Below are positions 1 to 9,021 of a DNA stretch of 64,000 bases, piece by piece. The position numbers and the translations under genes were made by a program. Each line of letters opens with the position of its first letter. Positions within the stretch are counted from its first letter, which is position 1. Below the pieces are notes generated by a model. That model had not been told where the DNA came from. It was given only the letters and a program-made list of their open reading frames with translations, and did no database searches. This stretch comes from a virus. The DNA is taken from IMG/VR virus record IMGVR_UViG_3300032331_001766, positions 1 to 64,000 of that record, one strand, 5' to 3'.

Positions 1-83
1 GAACAACCCCATCACCTAGTGGTGGAGGTTCCAGTGGAGGGCCAGGCGGCGGAGACCCAAGAATAAGGAGAAGAAAACCATGA
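1..83 (+). CDS. 3' end of upstream gene (Gly/Pro-rich tail ...TTPSPSGGGSSGGPGGGDPRIRRRKP*), truncated by window
   Basis: Open frame from nt 3 to TGA 81-83, overlapping next ATG (ATGA). Confidence 0.6.
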   Translation, partial: TTPSPSGGGSSGGPGGGDPRIRRRKP

Positions 84-262
84 TAACAATGATAAAGAAA
101 GTAATGCAAGATATGATTGATCAGTTATGGACTCTGCTAGGCATGTTTATTGCTTGGGTTGTCCTAGATGGGTCAGCAAAAACAATTGTTGGATATGCAA
201 TTATATGTACTTTAGTTGCATGGGCAGTAACATATCCAATCAGAAATAGAGAGGACAAATAA
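80..262 (+). CDS. small membrane protein (2 TM)
   Basis: AAGGAG RBS, two hydrophobic helices. Confidence 0.75.
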   Translation: MITMIKKVMQDMIDQLWTLLGMFIAWVVLDGSAKTIVGYAIICTLVAWAVTYPIRNREDK

Positions 263-552
263 TGTCAAAATCAAATATTCAAGAACCATCACATGTTGGT
301 GGAGGAGCGATTGCAAGCATCAATAATATTGTAGCTAGAATTATTGCTGTATTTGCAGCATCTGGTTTATCAGTAATTGGAGCGGGTGCAGTTGTTGGAA
401 TTAGCACAGCAAAGGCAGTTATATTGGCAGGAACTCTTGGAGTTGCTACAGTAATTGAAAAGCTTGCTCGTGGATTTTTAGATGATGGTAAATTAACTGT
501 AGAAGAAATTAATGCAGCATTTACAGCAGTAGATAAAAAAGCTGCTAAATAA
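262..552 (+). CDS. membrane protein, holin-like
   Basis: GAGG RBS, TAATG coupling, hydrophobic segments, DDGKLTVEE motif. Confidence 0.7.
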   Translation: MSKSNIQEPSHVGGGAIASINNIVARIIAVFAASGLSVIGAGAVVGISTAKAVILAGTLGVATVIEKLARGFLDDGKLTVEEINAAFTAVDKKAAK

Positions 553-567
553 TGGTATACTAGTACT

Positions 568-711
568 ATGAATACTTACAAGGTCAAATTAAGCGTAGAA
601 GTAGAAATCGATGCATTCGATGAGACAGACGCTAAAGACTACATTACAGATATATTTAATATCGATGATGAAATAAAAAGTGTAAATATCGTTAAAATAC
701 AACAAAAATAA
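568..711 (+). CDS. 47-aa hypothetical (MNTYKVKLSVEVEIDAFDE...)
   Basis: Hand-translated; leaderless ATG shortly after TGGTATACT. Confidence 0.65.
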   Translation: MNTYKVKLSVEVEIDAFDETDAKDYITDIFNIDDEIKSVNIVKIQQK

Positions 712-725
712 ATATCTAAATATCA

Positions 726-755
726 TTGACAGAGCCGCAGTTTTACGTGTATAAT
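726..755 (+). promoter_or_regulatory. sigma70-type promoter for tRNA-Asn/whiB operon
   Basis: TTGACA-18-TATAAT, embedded in an inverted repeat. Confidence 0.8.
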
Positions 756-782
756 AATACATAGAGACTGCGGTTTCTTCTT

Positions 783-855
783 TGGTCCATAGCTCAGTTG
801 GTAGAGCGCCGAACTGTTAATTCGGATGTCCCAGGATCGAGCCCTGGTGGACCAG
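783..855 (+). tRNA. tRNA-Asn(GTT)
   Basis: Acceptor TGGTCCA/TGGACCA, D-arm AGCTCAGTTGGTAGAGC, anticodon arm CCGAA-CTGTTAA-TTCGG; T-loop ATCGAGC; no encoded CCA. Confidence 0.95.
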
Positions 856-891
856 CGAAAATCTAGGCGGACTTACTAGATAGGAAAGACA

Positions 892-1125
892 TTGTTAAAT
901 CTAACACTAAAAGGTGTAGATGTATTTATAAAGAAGTCTATTACAAAGACGCAGGAATCCTTCTGGGACAACTATGATCTTGTTATATGGAAAAAAGATA
1001 AAGGCGGCTATACAAACATAAAAGGTTTGTTTAGGAAAGATGAATGGGGAACTGCAGAAAAAATTTCTGTAGATAACGACGGAATCTGGAAGCTGCCTGC
1101 TAAATATGTCAAATATTTTAAATGA
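892..1125 (+). CDS. hypothetical phage protein
   Basis: AGGA RBS, TTG start, overlaps whiB start. Confidence 0.7.
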   Translation: MLNLTLKGVDVFIKKSITKTQESFWDNYDLVIWKKDKGGYTNIKGLFRKDEWGTAEKISVDNDGIWKLPAKYVKYFK

Positions 1126-1417
1126 TTTAGGTATAGATAAACAAGAGTTTGAATGGTTTGATCTTGCGATATGTAGAGGCATGGACACAAACCTGTTCTT
1201 TGAAAAATATGAAACAGATGTAAACATTGCCAAAAGCATTGACGAGGCCTGCTTAAGTTGCCCAGTTGCAAAAATGTGCTATGAATCTGGAGTAGAAAAT
1301 AATGAGTATGGAGTTTGGGGCGGAGTTTATTTAAACTCTGGATCAGTTGATAACAGCAAAAATACACACAAGACTCCAGACATATGGAAGAGGATTAAAA
1401 AGCATAATGGAAAATAA
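1106..1417 (+). CDS. whiB: WhiB-family Fe-S transcription regulator
   Basis: C-x22-C-x2-C-x5-C and GVWGG motif, CxGxDxxLFF. Confidence 0.92.
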   Translation: MSNILNDLGIDKQEFEWFDLAICRGMDTNLFFEKYETDVNIAKSIDEACLSCPVAKMCYESGVENNEYGVWGGVYLNSGSVDNSKNTHKTPDIWKRIKKHNGK

Positions 1418-1709
1418 TCACTTCAAGCATGGAATAAATCAATGGAATGGTGAGCCAAATAAGCCAGTATTCTACACCGTAGAAATGGCAAAAAGAATTA
1501 GGGAAATCCCTAAGCCAAACCTACTACTAATGGACATTGCACAATATCCAGATTTTATTGCAGTTAGATTGTATGAGGATAACTTTATTCAATTTGATGG
1601 GTCAGCAAAAGAACGTGTAATAGACTATGTAAATAAGGTTAAGAAGCTGATTGAGTCCTATGGTGTGCGTTGTGAATTAGAGGGGGTGCCAGGTGCGAGA
1701 GTACTATGA
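1407..1709 (+). CDS. hypothetical protein
   Basis: ORF; likely ATG at 1407 overlapping whiB end. Confidence 0.7.
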   Translation: MENNHFKHGINQWNGEPNKPVFYTVEMAKRIREIPKPNLLLMDIAQYPDFIAVRLYEDNFIQFDGSAKERVIDYVNKVKKLIESYGVRCELEGVPGARVL

Positions 1710-1890
1710 CAGAATAGCTATAGCCTATATACATGATTTAAATGTATATGGGACGGTAGAAAAACTCGGGGTTTACGCATCTGTGGTAAAATATAGACTA
1801 GAAGATAAAGATATTGAAGAAACTCTAAATAATGAAGATTTCGTTATTGTGGATGAAATTGTGTTTGAACATGTTGAGGAAGATAACTAA
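1693..1890 (+). CDS. hypothetical protein
   Basis: GTG start after GGGGG, overlapping operon arrangement. Confidence 0.65.
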   Translation: MREYYDRIAIAYIHDLNVYGTVEKLGVYASVVKYRLEDKDIEETLNNEDFVIVDEIVFEHVEEDN

Positions 1891-2126
1891 TGGAAAAAAT
1901 ACTGTGCTATTCTTGTAATAAGCCAAAGAATCAGCTTAATGCTAAGAAATCAATGCTTTTGCCAATAACTTTATTGATGTGCGAAACATGCATTACATCT
2001 AAGTTTGAGCCACGCTGGGTAGTCATTTTATCTGGCAGACAACATGGATCAGAATCTGTTAGAGATTTTGTATTAAAAAAGAGATATGTTGGTTCAGATA
2101 TTTCTGCATCAGAATTGTTGCTTTAA
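1890..2126 (+). CDS. CxxC...CxxC zinc-binding hypothetical protein
   Basis: CYSC/CETC; GAGG RBS, TAATG coupling. Confidence 0.7.
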   Translation: MEKILCYSCNKPKNQLNAKKSMLLPITLLMCETCITSKFEPRWVVILSGRQHGSESVRDFVLKKRYVGSDISASELLL

Positions 2127-2198
2127 GTCAACTAAAAGTAATTACTTAATAATTTATTAATTTACATTATAATTATTACTCAAGTATAATTAGTTATT

Positions 2199-2486
2199 AT
2201 GCGTATGAACCCTTTACAATGGATAGTCTTGTCTGCAGCAGCTGCTGCTGGAGTAGGATATTTTGCTAGACTATTTTTTAAAATAGTAAAGACTTGGTAT
2301 ACATTTATTGAGGACTGGTACGGATCAGATGAAAAGCCTGGAATTGTTGAAAGATTAAATGATGGCCAGGATCATTTTAATAAAATAGATACAGAACTTG
2401 CAACAATAAAAGCTGAATTATTTAATAATGGCGGATCATCATTGCGTGATGCAATTGATCGAATTGAAAAAAATACAAATAAATAG
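2199..2486 (+). CDS. membrane-anchored coiled-coil protein (actinophage NGGSSLRD-type)
   Basis: N-terminal TM; NNGGSSLRDAIDRIE motif recalled from actinophage lysis-region proteins; leaderless after TATAAT. Confidence 0.65.
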   Translation: MRMNPLQWIVLSAAAAAGVGYFARLFFKIVKTWYTFIEDWYGSDEKPGIVERLNDGQDHFNKIDTELATIKAELFNNGGSSLRDAIDRIEKNTNK

Positions 2487-2526
2487 CCTACTAGACCTTC
2501 GAATTTATAAATAGTATACTTATATT

Positions 2527-3084
2527 ATGACTTGTATTGTTGCTATTGCCCAAAATGGTGTTGTTTACATGGGATCAGACCATGCTGCATCTGACGATAA
2601 AACTGGATGGATACTTTCACGCAAAGAACCAAAAGTTTTTAAAAATGGTCAATACGGAATTGCTTTTACAGATTCATTTCGTATGGGACAAATTTTGCAA
2701 TACATGTGGACTCCACCAAAATATACACCAACTAAAACTAATTCTGGATTAGATAAATTTATGAGAACTAAGTTTATTGATTCCGTCAAGGTTGCATTTA
2801 AGGATCATGGATACGGAAGTGTTGGCTCTTCATCAGAAGAAGATACTGGTGGAATTTTTATTGTTGGAGTATGCGGAAGACTCTTTACTGTAGACGAAGA
2901 CTTTCATGTTGGAGAAAACATTGTTAACTACATGGCAGAAGGAAGCGGCGGACAGCTTGCATTAGGCGCATTACATGCAACAAAAAATCAAAAGAATCCT
3001 AAGCTAAGACTAAAAGCAGCGCTAGAAGCGGCAACTGAATTTAATATGAGCGTAGCAGCACCCTATACATACATCCAAGTTTAG
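2527..3084 (+). CDS. HslV/proteasome-beta-like Ntn hydrolase (Thr protease)
   Basis: M-T-CIVAI start (Thr1 nucleophile), GSD, K(VF), GSGG motifs; TAGACC-17-TATACT promoter. Confidence 0.85.
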   Translation: MTCIVAIAQNGVVYMGSDHAASDDKTGWILSRKEPKVFKNGQYGIAFTDSFRMGQILQYMWTPPKYTPTKTNSGLDKFMRTKFIDSVKVAFKDHGYGSVGSSSEEDTGGIFIVGVCGRLFTVDEDFHVGENIVNYMAEGSGGQLALGALHATKNQKNPKLRLKAALEAATEFNMSVAAPYTYIQV

Positions 3085-3098
3085 TGTATAATTAAGAT

Positions 3099-3419
3099 AT
3101 GAAATGGCTAAATAGATTATCTGCTCTAGTTTTTGCATTAATTTCTGCAAAAGGTTTAATGTTATTCCTAGATAAATATGAGTTTTTAGTATTTGATAAG
3201 AAAAATCTTCAAGAGTACGAATATAAAGATGAAAACAATATTAAAGAAGGCATTGATTTTAGAGGTCAGCCATCGCATGTTTGTATATGTGGTTCCGAAA
3301 TTTGGAACGTAAAGGTTGTTTTTGAAGATCATGAGATAGCAACGTACTTCCTAGACATGGAATGTGCACACTGTGGCAGTTTAGCTACAGCCCCGACCCC
3401 AGTAGATAAAGAGATATAA
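3099..3419 (+). CDS. membrane-anchored Zn-ribbon protein
   Basis: N-terminal TM, CxCG and CxxCG. Confidence 0.7.
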   Translation: MKWLNRLSALVFALISAKGLMLFLDKYEFLVFDKKNLQEYEYKDENNIKEGIDFRGQPSHVCICGSEIWNVKVVFEDHEIATYFLDMECAHCGSLATAPTPVDKEI

Positions 3420-3590
3420 ATGAGAAAGTCAGAAAGATTAAGATTACTTGAAATGCAAATGGTTCGCATGGAGATGCTTGTTGAGTTATATTCACAAACT
3501 TTAAATAACTTATTGGAATCTCAAGGAATGCAAACTCCAGAGGTAGACTCTGGTAAGTGGTATTCAAAAAAAGCCAAAGAAACCCCTTGA
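3420..3590 (+). CDS. 56-aa hypothetical (MRKSERLRLLEMQ...)
   Basis: Hand-translated; abuts upstream stop. Confidence 0.65.
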   Translation: MRKSERLRLLEMQMVRMEMLVELYSQTLNNLLESQGMQTPEVDSGKWYSKKAKETP

Positions 3591-3622
3591 CATCCCAATT
3601 CTATTTTAGTAGAATTCATTAC

Positions 3623-4564
3623 ATGAACAAAAAATATATCACTGGCCTATTGGCCCTAACACTAATTATACCTGCAACATCAAATGCTGCAACGTTATCT
3701 AATAAGACCATTACTGGTCCAACAATTGCTATTTTAGATACAGCAATTGACACGTCTATTCCACAACTTCAGGGTAAAGTTATTTATGAAGCATGTATAA
3801 CAGAATGGGGCGGATGTGCTGGAGGAGTCTTTCAGGCGGAAGGACCAGGATCTGCATCATTGCCAAAGGATGTAATCTCAAAAAATGGTTTTGATCATGG
3901 AACGCAAATGTCTTCGGTGGCAGTTCAAACCAATTCAAATGTTAATATTGTTTTTGTTAAAATTGTTGGAACAAGCAGACTAGGTTTGCGACAACCAGTA
4001 GGTGAAAAAAGTGTTAATAATGCACTACAATGGATTATTGATAATAAAGATAAGTTTAATATTCAATCAGTAGCAATGTCACAAGGCCACCACAACCTCG
4101 GTGCTGCTGGTACAGATTACTGCCCAAAGACACCTAATACCCAGTTGCTAATTGATAAGCTAAAATCTTCAGATGTGCCTGTATTTTTTCCAACAGGAAA
4201 CATTGTTCCTGCAGATACATCTAGAATTGATTGGCCTGCATGTATTCCAAATTCAATTGCTGTAGGCGCAATATTGCCAGCAGGAGAAGTTGCTGTTTAC
4301 AGTAATTATGATGCTAATCTCACAGACTTTGTTGCACTTGGAACAATGAAAACTGCAACTGTTGGTGGTGCAATTGTACCAATTGCTGGAACATCCGCTG
4401 CAAACATTGTTGCAGCAACCAATTGGGCAACACTTAAGAGTGCAAAACCAAATTTAACTTATGATCAACTATACTCATTGTTATCATCAACTGCAAAAAT
4501 TACAAAGAATTCTAAGGTTACTGGAGCCAAGCTAATTGATATTAAGGCAGCGCTAAATGGCTAA
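3623..4564 (+). CDS. secreted subtilisin-like S8 serine protease
   Basis: Signal peptide; ILDTAID, HGTQM, TGN, GTSAA catalytic motifs; TTGACA-17-TAGAAT promoter at 3587-3615 places the start at 3623. Confidence 0.88.
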   Translation: MNKKYITGLLALTLIIPATSNAATLSNKTITGPTIAILDTAIDTSIPQLQGKVIYEACITEWGGCAGGVFQAEGPGSASLPKDVISKNGFDHGTQMSSVAVQTNSNVNIVFVKIVGTSRLGLRQPVGEKSVNNALQWIIDNKDKFNIQSVAMSQGHHNLGAAGTDYCPKTPNTQLLIDKLKSSDVPVFFPTGNIVPADTSRIDWPACIPNSIAVGAILPAGEVAVYSNYDANLTDFVALGTMKTATVGGAIVPIAGTSAANIVAATNWATLKSAKPNLTYDQLYSLLSSTAKITKNSKVTGAKLIDIKAALNG

Positions 4565-4763
4565 CATGACTGTATTAGAAGAAATCATTAAACAGATTGG
4601 CGAAGAGCTATATCAAAAATGGTACAACGGTTTAGCAGTTGAGGATAGAACAGAAGAATCTTCAAAGGCAATGTCTGTTAATGCTGGAGAAACTGCATTG
4701 TGGGTTATTCAAACATTTATGAATAAGTTTAATGACGCAGCGGAAGAATTAAAAGATAAATGA
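4557..4763 (+). CDS. hypothetical protein
   Basis: Overlapping operon ORF. Confidence 0.7.
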   Translation: MANMTVLEEIIKQIGEELYQKWYNGLAVEDRTEESSKAMSVNAGETALWVIQTFMNKFNDAAEELKDK

Positions 4764-5062
4764 TCATTACTGATAAATCATTTGATAATGAGATTGCATC
4801 ACATGATGTTGTCCTAGTAGATTTTTGGGCAGAATGGTGCGGACCATGTAAAAAAATATCTCCAATTCTAGATGAGATTTCTAATGAGCGTGGGCTTTGG
4901 GTCGGAAAGTTAAATGTTGATGAGAATCCTATAAAAACACAGGAATTCTCTGTCAATTCTATTCCAACTATGGTATTATTCAAGGGTGGGAAACCAGTAA
5001 AGACAATTATTGGAGCCAAGCCAAAGCATGTGTTGCTAGAGGAACTATCTGAATGGATATAG
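4760..5062 (+). CDS. trxA: thioredoxin
   Basis: VDFWAEWCGPCK, SIPT. Confidence 0.96.
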   Translation: MIITDKSFDNEIASHDVVLVDFWAEWCGPCKKISPILDEISNERGLWVGKLNVDENPIKTQEFSVNSIPTMVLFKGGKPVKTIIGAKPKHVLLEELSEWI

Positions 5063-5253
5063 AATTTGATTCAGAAGATGTTAGTCATTTAGAGTTTGAA
5101 ATATGGCTTAAGAATGGCTATGACCGTGGTTGGGTTTCTGATGTATTTTGTGATACACATGATGGTCCACCAATGTCAGAAGAAGAAATGCAAGAATGGG
5201 AAGAAGGCGGAGATCCCTGCTCGTTTCATGTAAAGATACATGAACTACACTAA
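5053..5253 (+). CDS. acidic hypothetical protein
   Basis: GAGG RBS; CxxHDG...DPC. Confidence 0.7.
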   Translation: MDIEFDSEDVSHLEFEIWLKNGYDRGWVSDVFCDTHDGPPMSEEEMQEWEEGGDPCSFHVKIHELH

Positions 5254-5300
5254 TGTTCTGTACTCATTAAGAGGCAGATTAACTAAGGAGAAAAAATAGA

Positions 5301-6344
5301 ATGAACTCATTCAAGAAAGTATCGCTAATCATCGCTGCAGCCCTGACTAGCACAATGCTTGTATCACCAGCAGCTAACGCAAATGCTGGAACTGTTACCC
5401 TAACGGTGGCGGGAACTGCAGCAACAGGTGGAACAGTAGTAACAACTCCTGTATCACTACCAGTACCAGCAGATAACAGTATCGATGCAGCAGACGCATT
5501 AAAGATTGCTGTAACATCAGTAGATACAGGAACAGTAGTAACAGCAGTTGCAGTAAATGCAACAATTGTACCTGCTCTTGCAACATCAACAGCCCCAGTA
5601 ACTGCATCAAATGGAACATCAACACTTTCAATTGCAACAGGAACTGGAACAGCAGCAGACTTTTATGTCTATACAAAGAGTTCAGCAGTCGGATCGGTAT
5701 CGATTACACGTGCTGGAACAACAACAATTTATTATGTACAAGGCACAGCAGGTGCTTTAAACTCAATCACACTTACTGCACCAACTTCAGGAGCAGCAGG
5801 AACAGCAGCAACACTTAAGGTATCAGGATACGATGTATTTGGTAATCTAAAGAGTGGCGCAACAATTAACACATTGGTATCTTCAAACGGTGTAGCAACA
5901 GCAACAGCGCTTACAACAGATACAGCAACAGCAACTCTAGGCACAAAGGAGCAGGTAGTAACACTTCCAGCTTCAGGCTCAGTAGTTGTTACTGCATACG
6001 CAACAGTTGCAGCAGCAGTAACTGGACTTTCAACACCAGTTGGTGCAGTTACGGCAACAATTACAGTTCGTGATCTTGCAGGAGAACTTGCAGCAAAGAT
6101 TGCAGAACTTGCAGTTGCTAACGCAGCCCTTGCAGCAGAAAAGGCTGGTCGTGCAAACGATTCAGTAGCAGCAGCAGCAGCACTTGCAACAGCAAATGCA
6201 GCAACAGCTAAGGCTAATGCTGAAGCAGCAACATCAAAAGCAGCAGCGGATCTTGCAGCAGCAACTTACAAGGCAGAGTACAACGCTCTTGCTAAGAAGT
6301 GGAACGCTAAGAACCCAAAGGCTAAGGTTGCATTAAAGAAGTAA
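5301..6344 (+). CDS. secreted Ala/Thr-rich beta-sandwich surface protein with C-terminal coiled coil
   Basis: AAGGAG RBS, Sec signal (PAANA), Ig-like DxFGN motif, basic tail YNALAKKWNAKNPKAKVALKK; strongly biased codons. Confidence 0.75.
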   Translation: MNSFKKVSLIIAAALTSTMLVSPAANANAGTVTLTVAGTAATGGTVVTTPVSLPVPADNSIDAADALKIAVTSVDTGTVVTAVAVNATIVPALATSTAPVTASNGTSTLSIATGTGTAADFYVYTKSSAVGSVSITRAGTTTIYYVQGTAGALNSITLTAPTSGAAGTAATLKVSGYDVFGNLKSGATINTLVSSNGVATATALTTDTATATLGTKEQVVTLPASGSVVVTAYATVAAAVTGLSTPVGAVTATITVRDLAGELAAKIAELAVANAALAAEKAGRANDSVAAAAALATANAATAKANAEAATSKAAADLAAATYKAEYNALAKKWNAKNPKAKVALKK

Positions 6345-6354
6345 TTAACTTCAA

Positions 6355-6395
6355 TTAAAGGGGCAGGATCTTAGGGTCTTGCCCCTTTAATATTT
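6355..6395 (+). terminator. intrinsic terminator
   Basis: TTAAAGGGGCAGGATC/GGTCTTGCCCCTTTAA hairpin. Confidence 0.8.
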
Positions 6396-6413
6396 AAATG
6401 ATAGAATGGTAAT

Positions 6414-6614
6414 ATGGAATCAACCAAAAGAAGTTTATATAAAACAATATCATGGCACCTATTACATATGTTTATGGTAGCTTTGGTAGCATTTATAGTT
6501 ACAGGTAGCGTTAAAGTGGCTGCCATATTAGCATCAGCAGAATTAGTTTGGGAATCATTTGCATACTTTTTACATGAAAGAGCATGGAATAAATTTGGAG
6601 AAAAGATTAAATAA
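6414..6614 (+). CDS. DUF2061-like small membrane protein
   Basis: ESxKRSLxKTISW ... YFLHERAW. Confidence 0.85.
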   Translation: MESTKRSLYKTISWHLLHMFMVALVAFIVTGSVKVAAILASAELVWESFAYFLHERAWNKFGEKIK

Positions 6615-6757
6615 TGGGAAAACATCACGATAAGATTAAAAAAGCTTTAGAGCAAAGAATTGCAGCGACGCCAAATGGCGCTGGTTTTAAGAAACCAGGA
6701 TCTATGAACAAAAAGAAAACTGGCTACAGGGGCCAAACGGCACGTGGCTCAAAGTAA
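6614..6757 (+). CDS. 47-aa basic protein (MGKHHDKIKKALEQR...)
   Basis: Hand-translated, TAATG coupling. Confidence 0.6.
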   Translation: MGKHHDKIKKALEQRIAATPNGAGFKKPGSMNKKKTGYRGQTARGSK

Positions 6758-6863
6758 TTGTGAAGTAAAAGATTGTCAGCTTGAAGCTAAATATATTACT
6801 TCAACTGAAAGCAAATATTTAAAAGTTTGCGAACAACATTGGCATGAAAAGTATAAAAATTGA
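6744..6863 (+). CDS. 39-aa C-x4-C...CxxH microprotein
   Basis: Hand-translated, GTG start, overlaps both neighbours. Confidence 0.5.
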   Translation: MAQSNCEVKDCQLEAKYITSTESKYLKVCEQHWHEKYKN

Positions 6864-7384
6864 TAAATATTATAGAAGGCTTTGTATCTGATAAAGAATG
6901 CCAAGAATTATTTGAGCATTATAATTTAAAAATATGGGATGCAGAGGATCCCTTTGTTAAAACAGGTTTTGGGGTTGGCAAAGACGAGGCACTTGATCTG
7001 TACAACAAGGATAATCTGTTATCAGATATTGTAAAAAGAATTGGCACCCACCTATCATCACATTATGGTGAAGATATAGAATTAAAATCATTATTCCATA
7101 GCGTAATGACCCCAGGTGCAGTAAACCCCTTACATTGGGACAATTACATTGAAAATGGTCAAGACGACATATCAACATTGTTTTATTTAAATGAAGATTA
7201 TGTTGGTGGAGAACTGCATTTCCCAAATCAAAACAAAATAATTAAACCCAAAGCTGGAACTTTTATATTTTTTAAAGGGGAAGAAAGTCTTATGCACGAG
7301 GTTAAAGAGGTTATTGAGGGTAATAGGAATGCTTTTGTGGGTTTCTTTTGGCCTACAAGGACAAGAATCTCCATAACCAGCTAA
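6860..7384 (+). CDS. 2OG-Fe(II) oxygenase (prolyl-4-hydroxylase-like)
   Basis: HWD, YLNEDYVGGELHF, distal H, R. Confidence 0.9.
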   Translation: MINIIEGFVSDKECQELFEHYNLKIWDAEDPFVKTGFGVGKDEALDLYNKDNLLSDIVKRIGTHLSSHYGEDIELKSLFHSVMTPGAVNPLHWDNYIENGQDDISTLFYLNEDYVGGELHFPNQNKIIKPKAGTFIFFKGEESLMHEVKEVIEGNRNAFVGFFWPTRTRISITS

Positions 7385-7451
7385 ATGCTATAATGTATCT
7401 ATGGATGGACTTCTAGAACCATCTAAATAATAAACCTATAGGAGAAATAAA

Positions 7452-7649
7452 ATGTCAGACGGAAATAACTTAACAGGATTTAACGAAACAAAGCCAGCAG
7501 GATCATCCCCATGGCCAACAGAAAATTACACAGAAGCACCAGCAGCAGCATTTCCTGCACAGGATATGTCAACACAGGGAGCATCTGGAACAACAAATAA
7601 GATGGTTCACACTGCAGCAGAAACATCAGCATTTGGCACAGGAAACTAA
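7452..7649 (+). CDS. small low-complexity protein
   Basis: AGGAG RBS, TGCTATAAT upstream. Confidence 0.7.
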   Translation: MSDGNNLTGFNETKPAGSSPWPTENYTEAPAAAFPAQDMSTQGASGTTNKMVHTAAETSAFGTGN

Positions 7650-7650
7650 T

Positions 7651-7863
7651 ATGTGTGCAATGTGTGGGTGCGGTAAAGAAGCATTCATGGGAGTAGAACT
7701 TGCTCCACAAAGTATGTATGATGTAGGTGCAACTGGAATTGTTTTACAGCCAGAAATGTTTGGAACAGATTCTATGGACACTCTTGGAACAGAAACTACT
7801 GAAGAAGGATACTTGCATGAATCTTCAGAGCCAAAAGGCCCAATGGGAGAGGACATTGATTAA
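7651..7863 (+). CDS. acidic protein with N-terminal CxxCGC
   Basis: ATG follows upstream stop. Confidence 0.65.
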   Translation: MCAMCGCGKEAFMGVELAPQSMYDVGATGIVLQPEMFGTDSMDTLGTETTEEGYLHESSEPKGPMGEDID

Positions 7864-8069
7864 TGTCTGAAAACGGTACAGGAATGGCAACTCCACCAAA
7901 TAATCAACCATCTGGTGCGGTAACTTCACAAGAAGCTACACGAAAGAAGCCATCACAAGGTAAGTTTCAATCAGGAATGCGCCCACCAACTAAGATCGAT
8001 ACCAATAAGCATGGCATTCGTAGAGAAACAACTCTAGGCCAAAAAAAGGGAAGACCTAAGAAAGTATAA
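7863..8069 (+). CDS. small basic disordered protein
   Basis: GAGG RBS, TAATG coupling. Confidence 0.65.
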   Translation: MSENGTGMATPPNNQPSGAVTSQEATRKKPSQGKFQSGMRPPTKIDTNKHGIRRETTLGQKKGRPKKV

Positions 8070-8078
8070 CTAATTAAA

Positions 8079-8114
8079 AGTTAAGCCCCGTCTTCGGACG
8101 GGGTTTAATTATTT
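8079..8114 (+). terminator. intrinsic terminator with cUUCGg loop
   Basis: AAGCCCCGTC-TTCG-GACGGGGTTT. Confidence 0.85.
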
Positions 8115-8261
8115 AGGAGAATTATGTGCGGTAGAGTTAACAATGATGGCATAATGCCAGATGTTATAAAGACAATTGATGACGCAATAGATAAGATATT
8201 AGAATTAGATTCTTTTACTTAATCATTGACTATCATATATATAAATTGTATAATAGTAAAT

Positions 8262-8456
8262 ATGAGAAAACTAATCGACGGTAGCGAAGTAGAAGAATTT
8301 GAAAAAGCGATAGACTTAACAATACATACAAAAGCTCCAGCGAAATGGCTACTGATCGATTTAGAAACAGGACAAGAATATTTGGGTTCAGACAAGCCGA
8401 ACCTATATGGTAAATGGAAACGGATTAAAGATGCAGTCAAAGGTAAATCTAATTAA
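8262..8456 (+). CDS. hypothetical protein (leaderless)
   Basis: TTGACT-17-TATAAT (8226-8254), ATG 7 nt downstream. Confidence 0.75.
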   Translation: MRKLIDGSEVEEFEKAIDLTIHTKAPAKWLLIDLETGQEYLGSDKPNLYGKWKRIKDAVKGKSN

Positions 8457-8580
8457 AGCCTTGATTTGTGGGATTAAAGAACATAAATTAGTAATGGCTG
8501 GAACATGTCCGTTTACTGGATCAACCTATCAGTACTGTGAAAGATGCAGTGCAATGATTCCGATTCAGGTGGCGGTGTGA
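8431..8580 (+). CDS. 49-aa Cys/His microprotein (C..H...C...CxxC)
   Basis: Hand-translated. Confidence 0.5.
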   Translation: MQSKVNLIKALICGIKEHKLVMAGTCPFTGSTYQYCERCSAMIPIQVAV

Positions 8581-8676
8581 AAGAGCCTAAAATAATGAAA
8601 ATGGATTGGCGTCCATTAGGATATTGGCCAGTTTATAAAGATGGAAAACTAACATGGGAAAAGGATCCAGAGAATA

Positions 8677-9021
8677 ATGATTGATTGGTTAGTTAATCGT
8701 ATATTTAGATTTACATCTCTAAGAGAAGCCATCTTTGAAGAAGTACACATGTATGATCATTTGTCTGATGTATTTACTAATTCAGATTTAACAGATATAG
8801 CCTCATGCAGCTGGATGGAAGGTGACATGTGGTATGGCTGGAACTATGATAGTAACGCCAAGCGTTACTACTTTGATGATATTGGAAGCAAATCATTAAT
8901 TGGGCTATGGGAAGACCAATGGCTAAAAGAAGCAGATGAAATTGATCCAGAAAAAAAGATTAATGCATGGGCAAGTGAACAAATTAAAATAGCTAAAGTA
9001 ACTGGAGAGGTGCCTTTCTGA
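8677..9021 (+). CDS. hypothetical protein
   Basis: ORF in operon. Confidence 0.65.
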   Translation: MIDWLVNRIFRFTSLREAIFEEVHMYDHLSDVFTNSDLTDIASCSWMEGDMWYGWNYDSNAKRYYFDDIGSKSLIGLWEDQWLKEADEIDPEKKINAWASEQIKIAKVTGEVPF

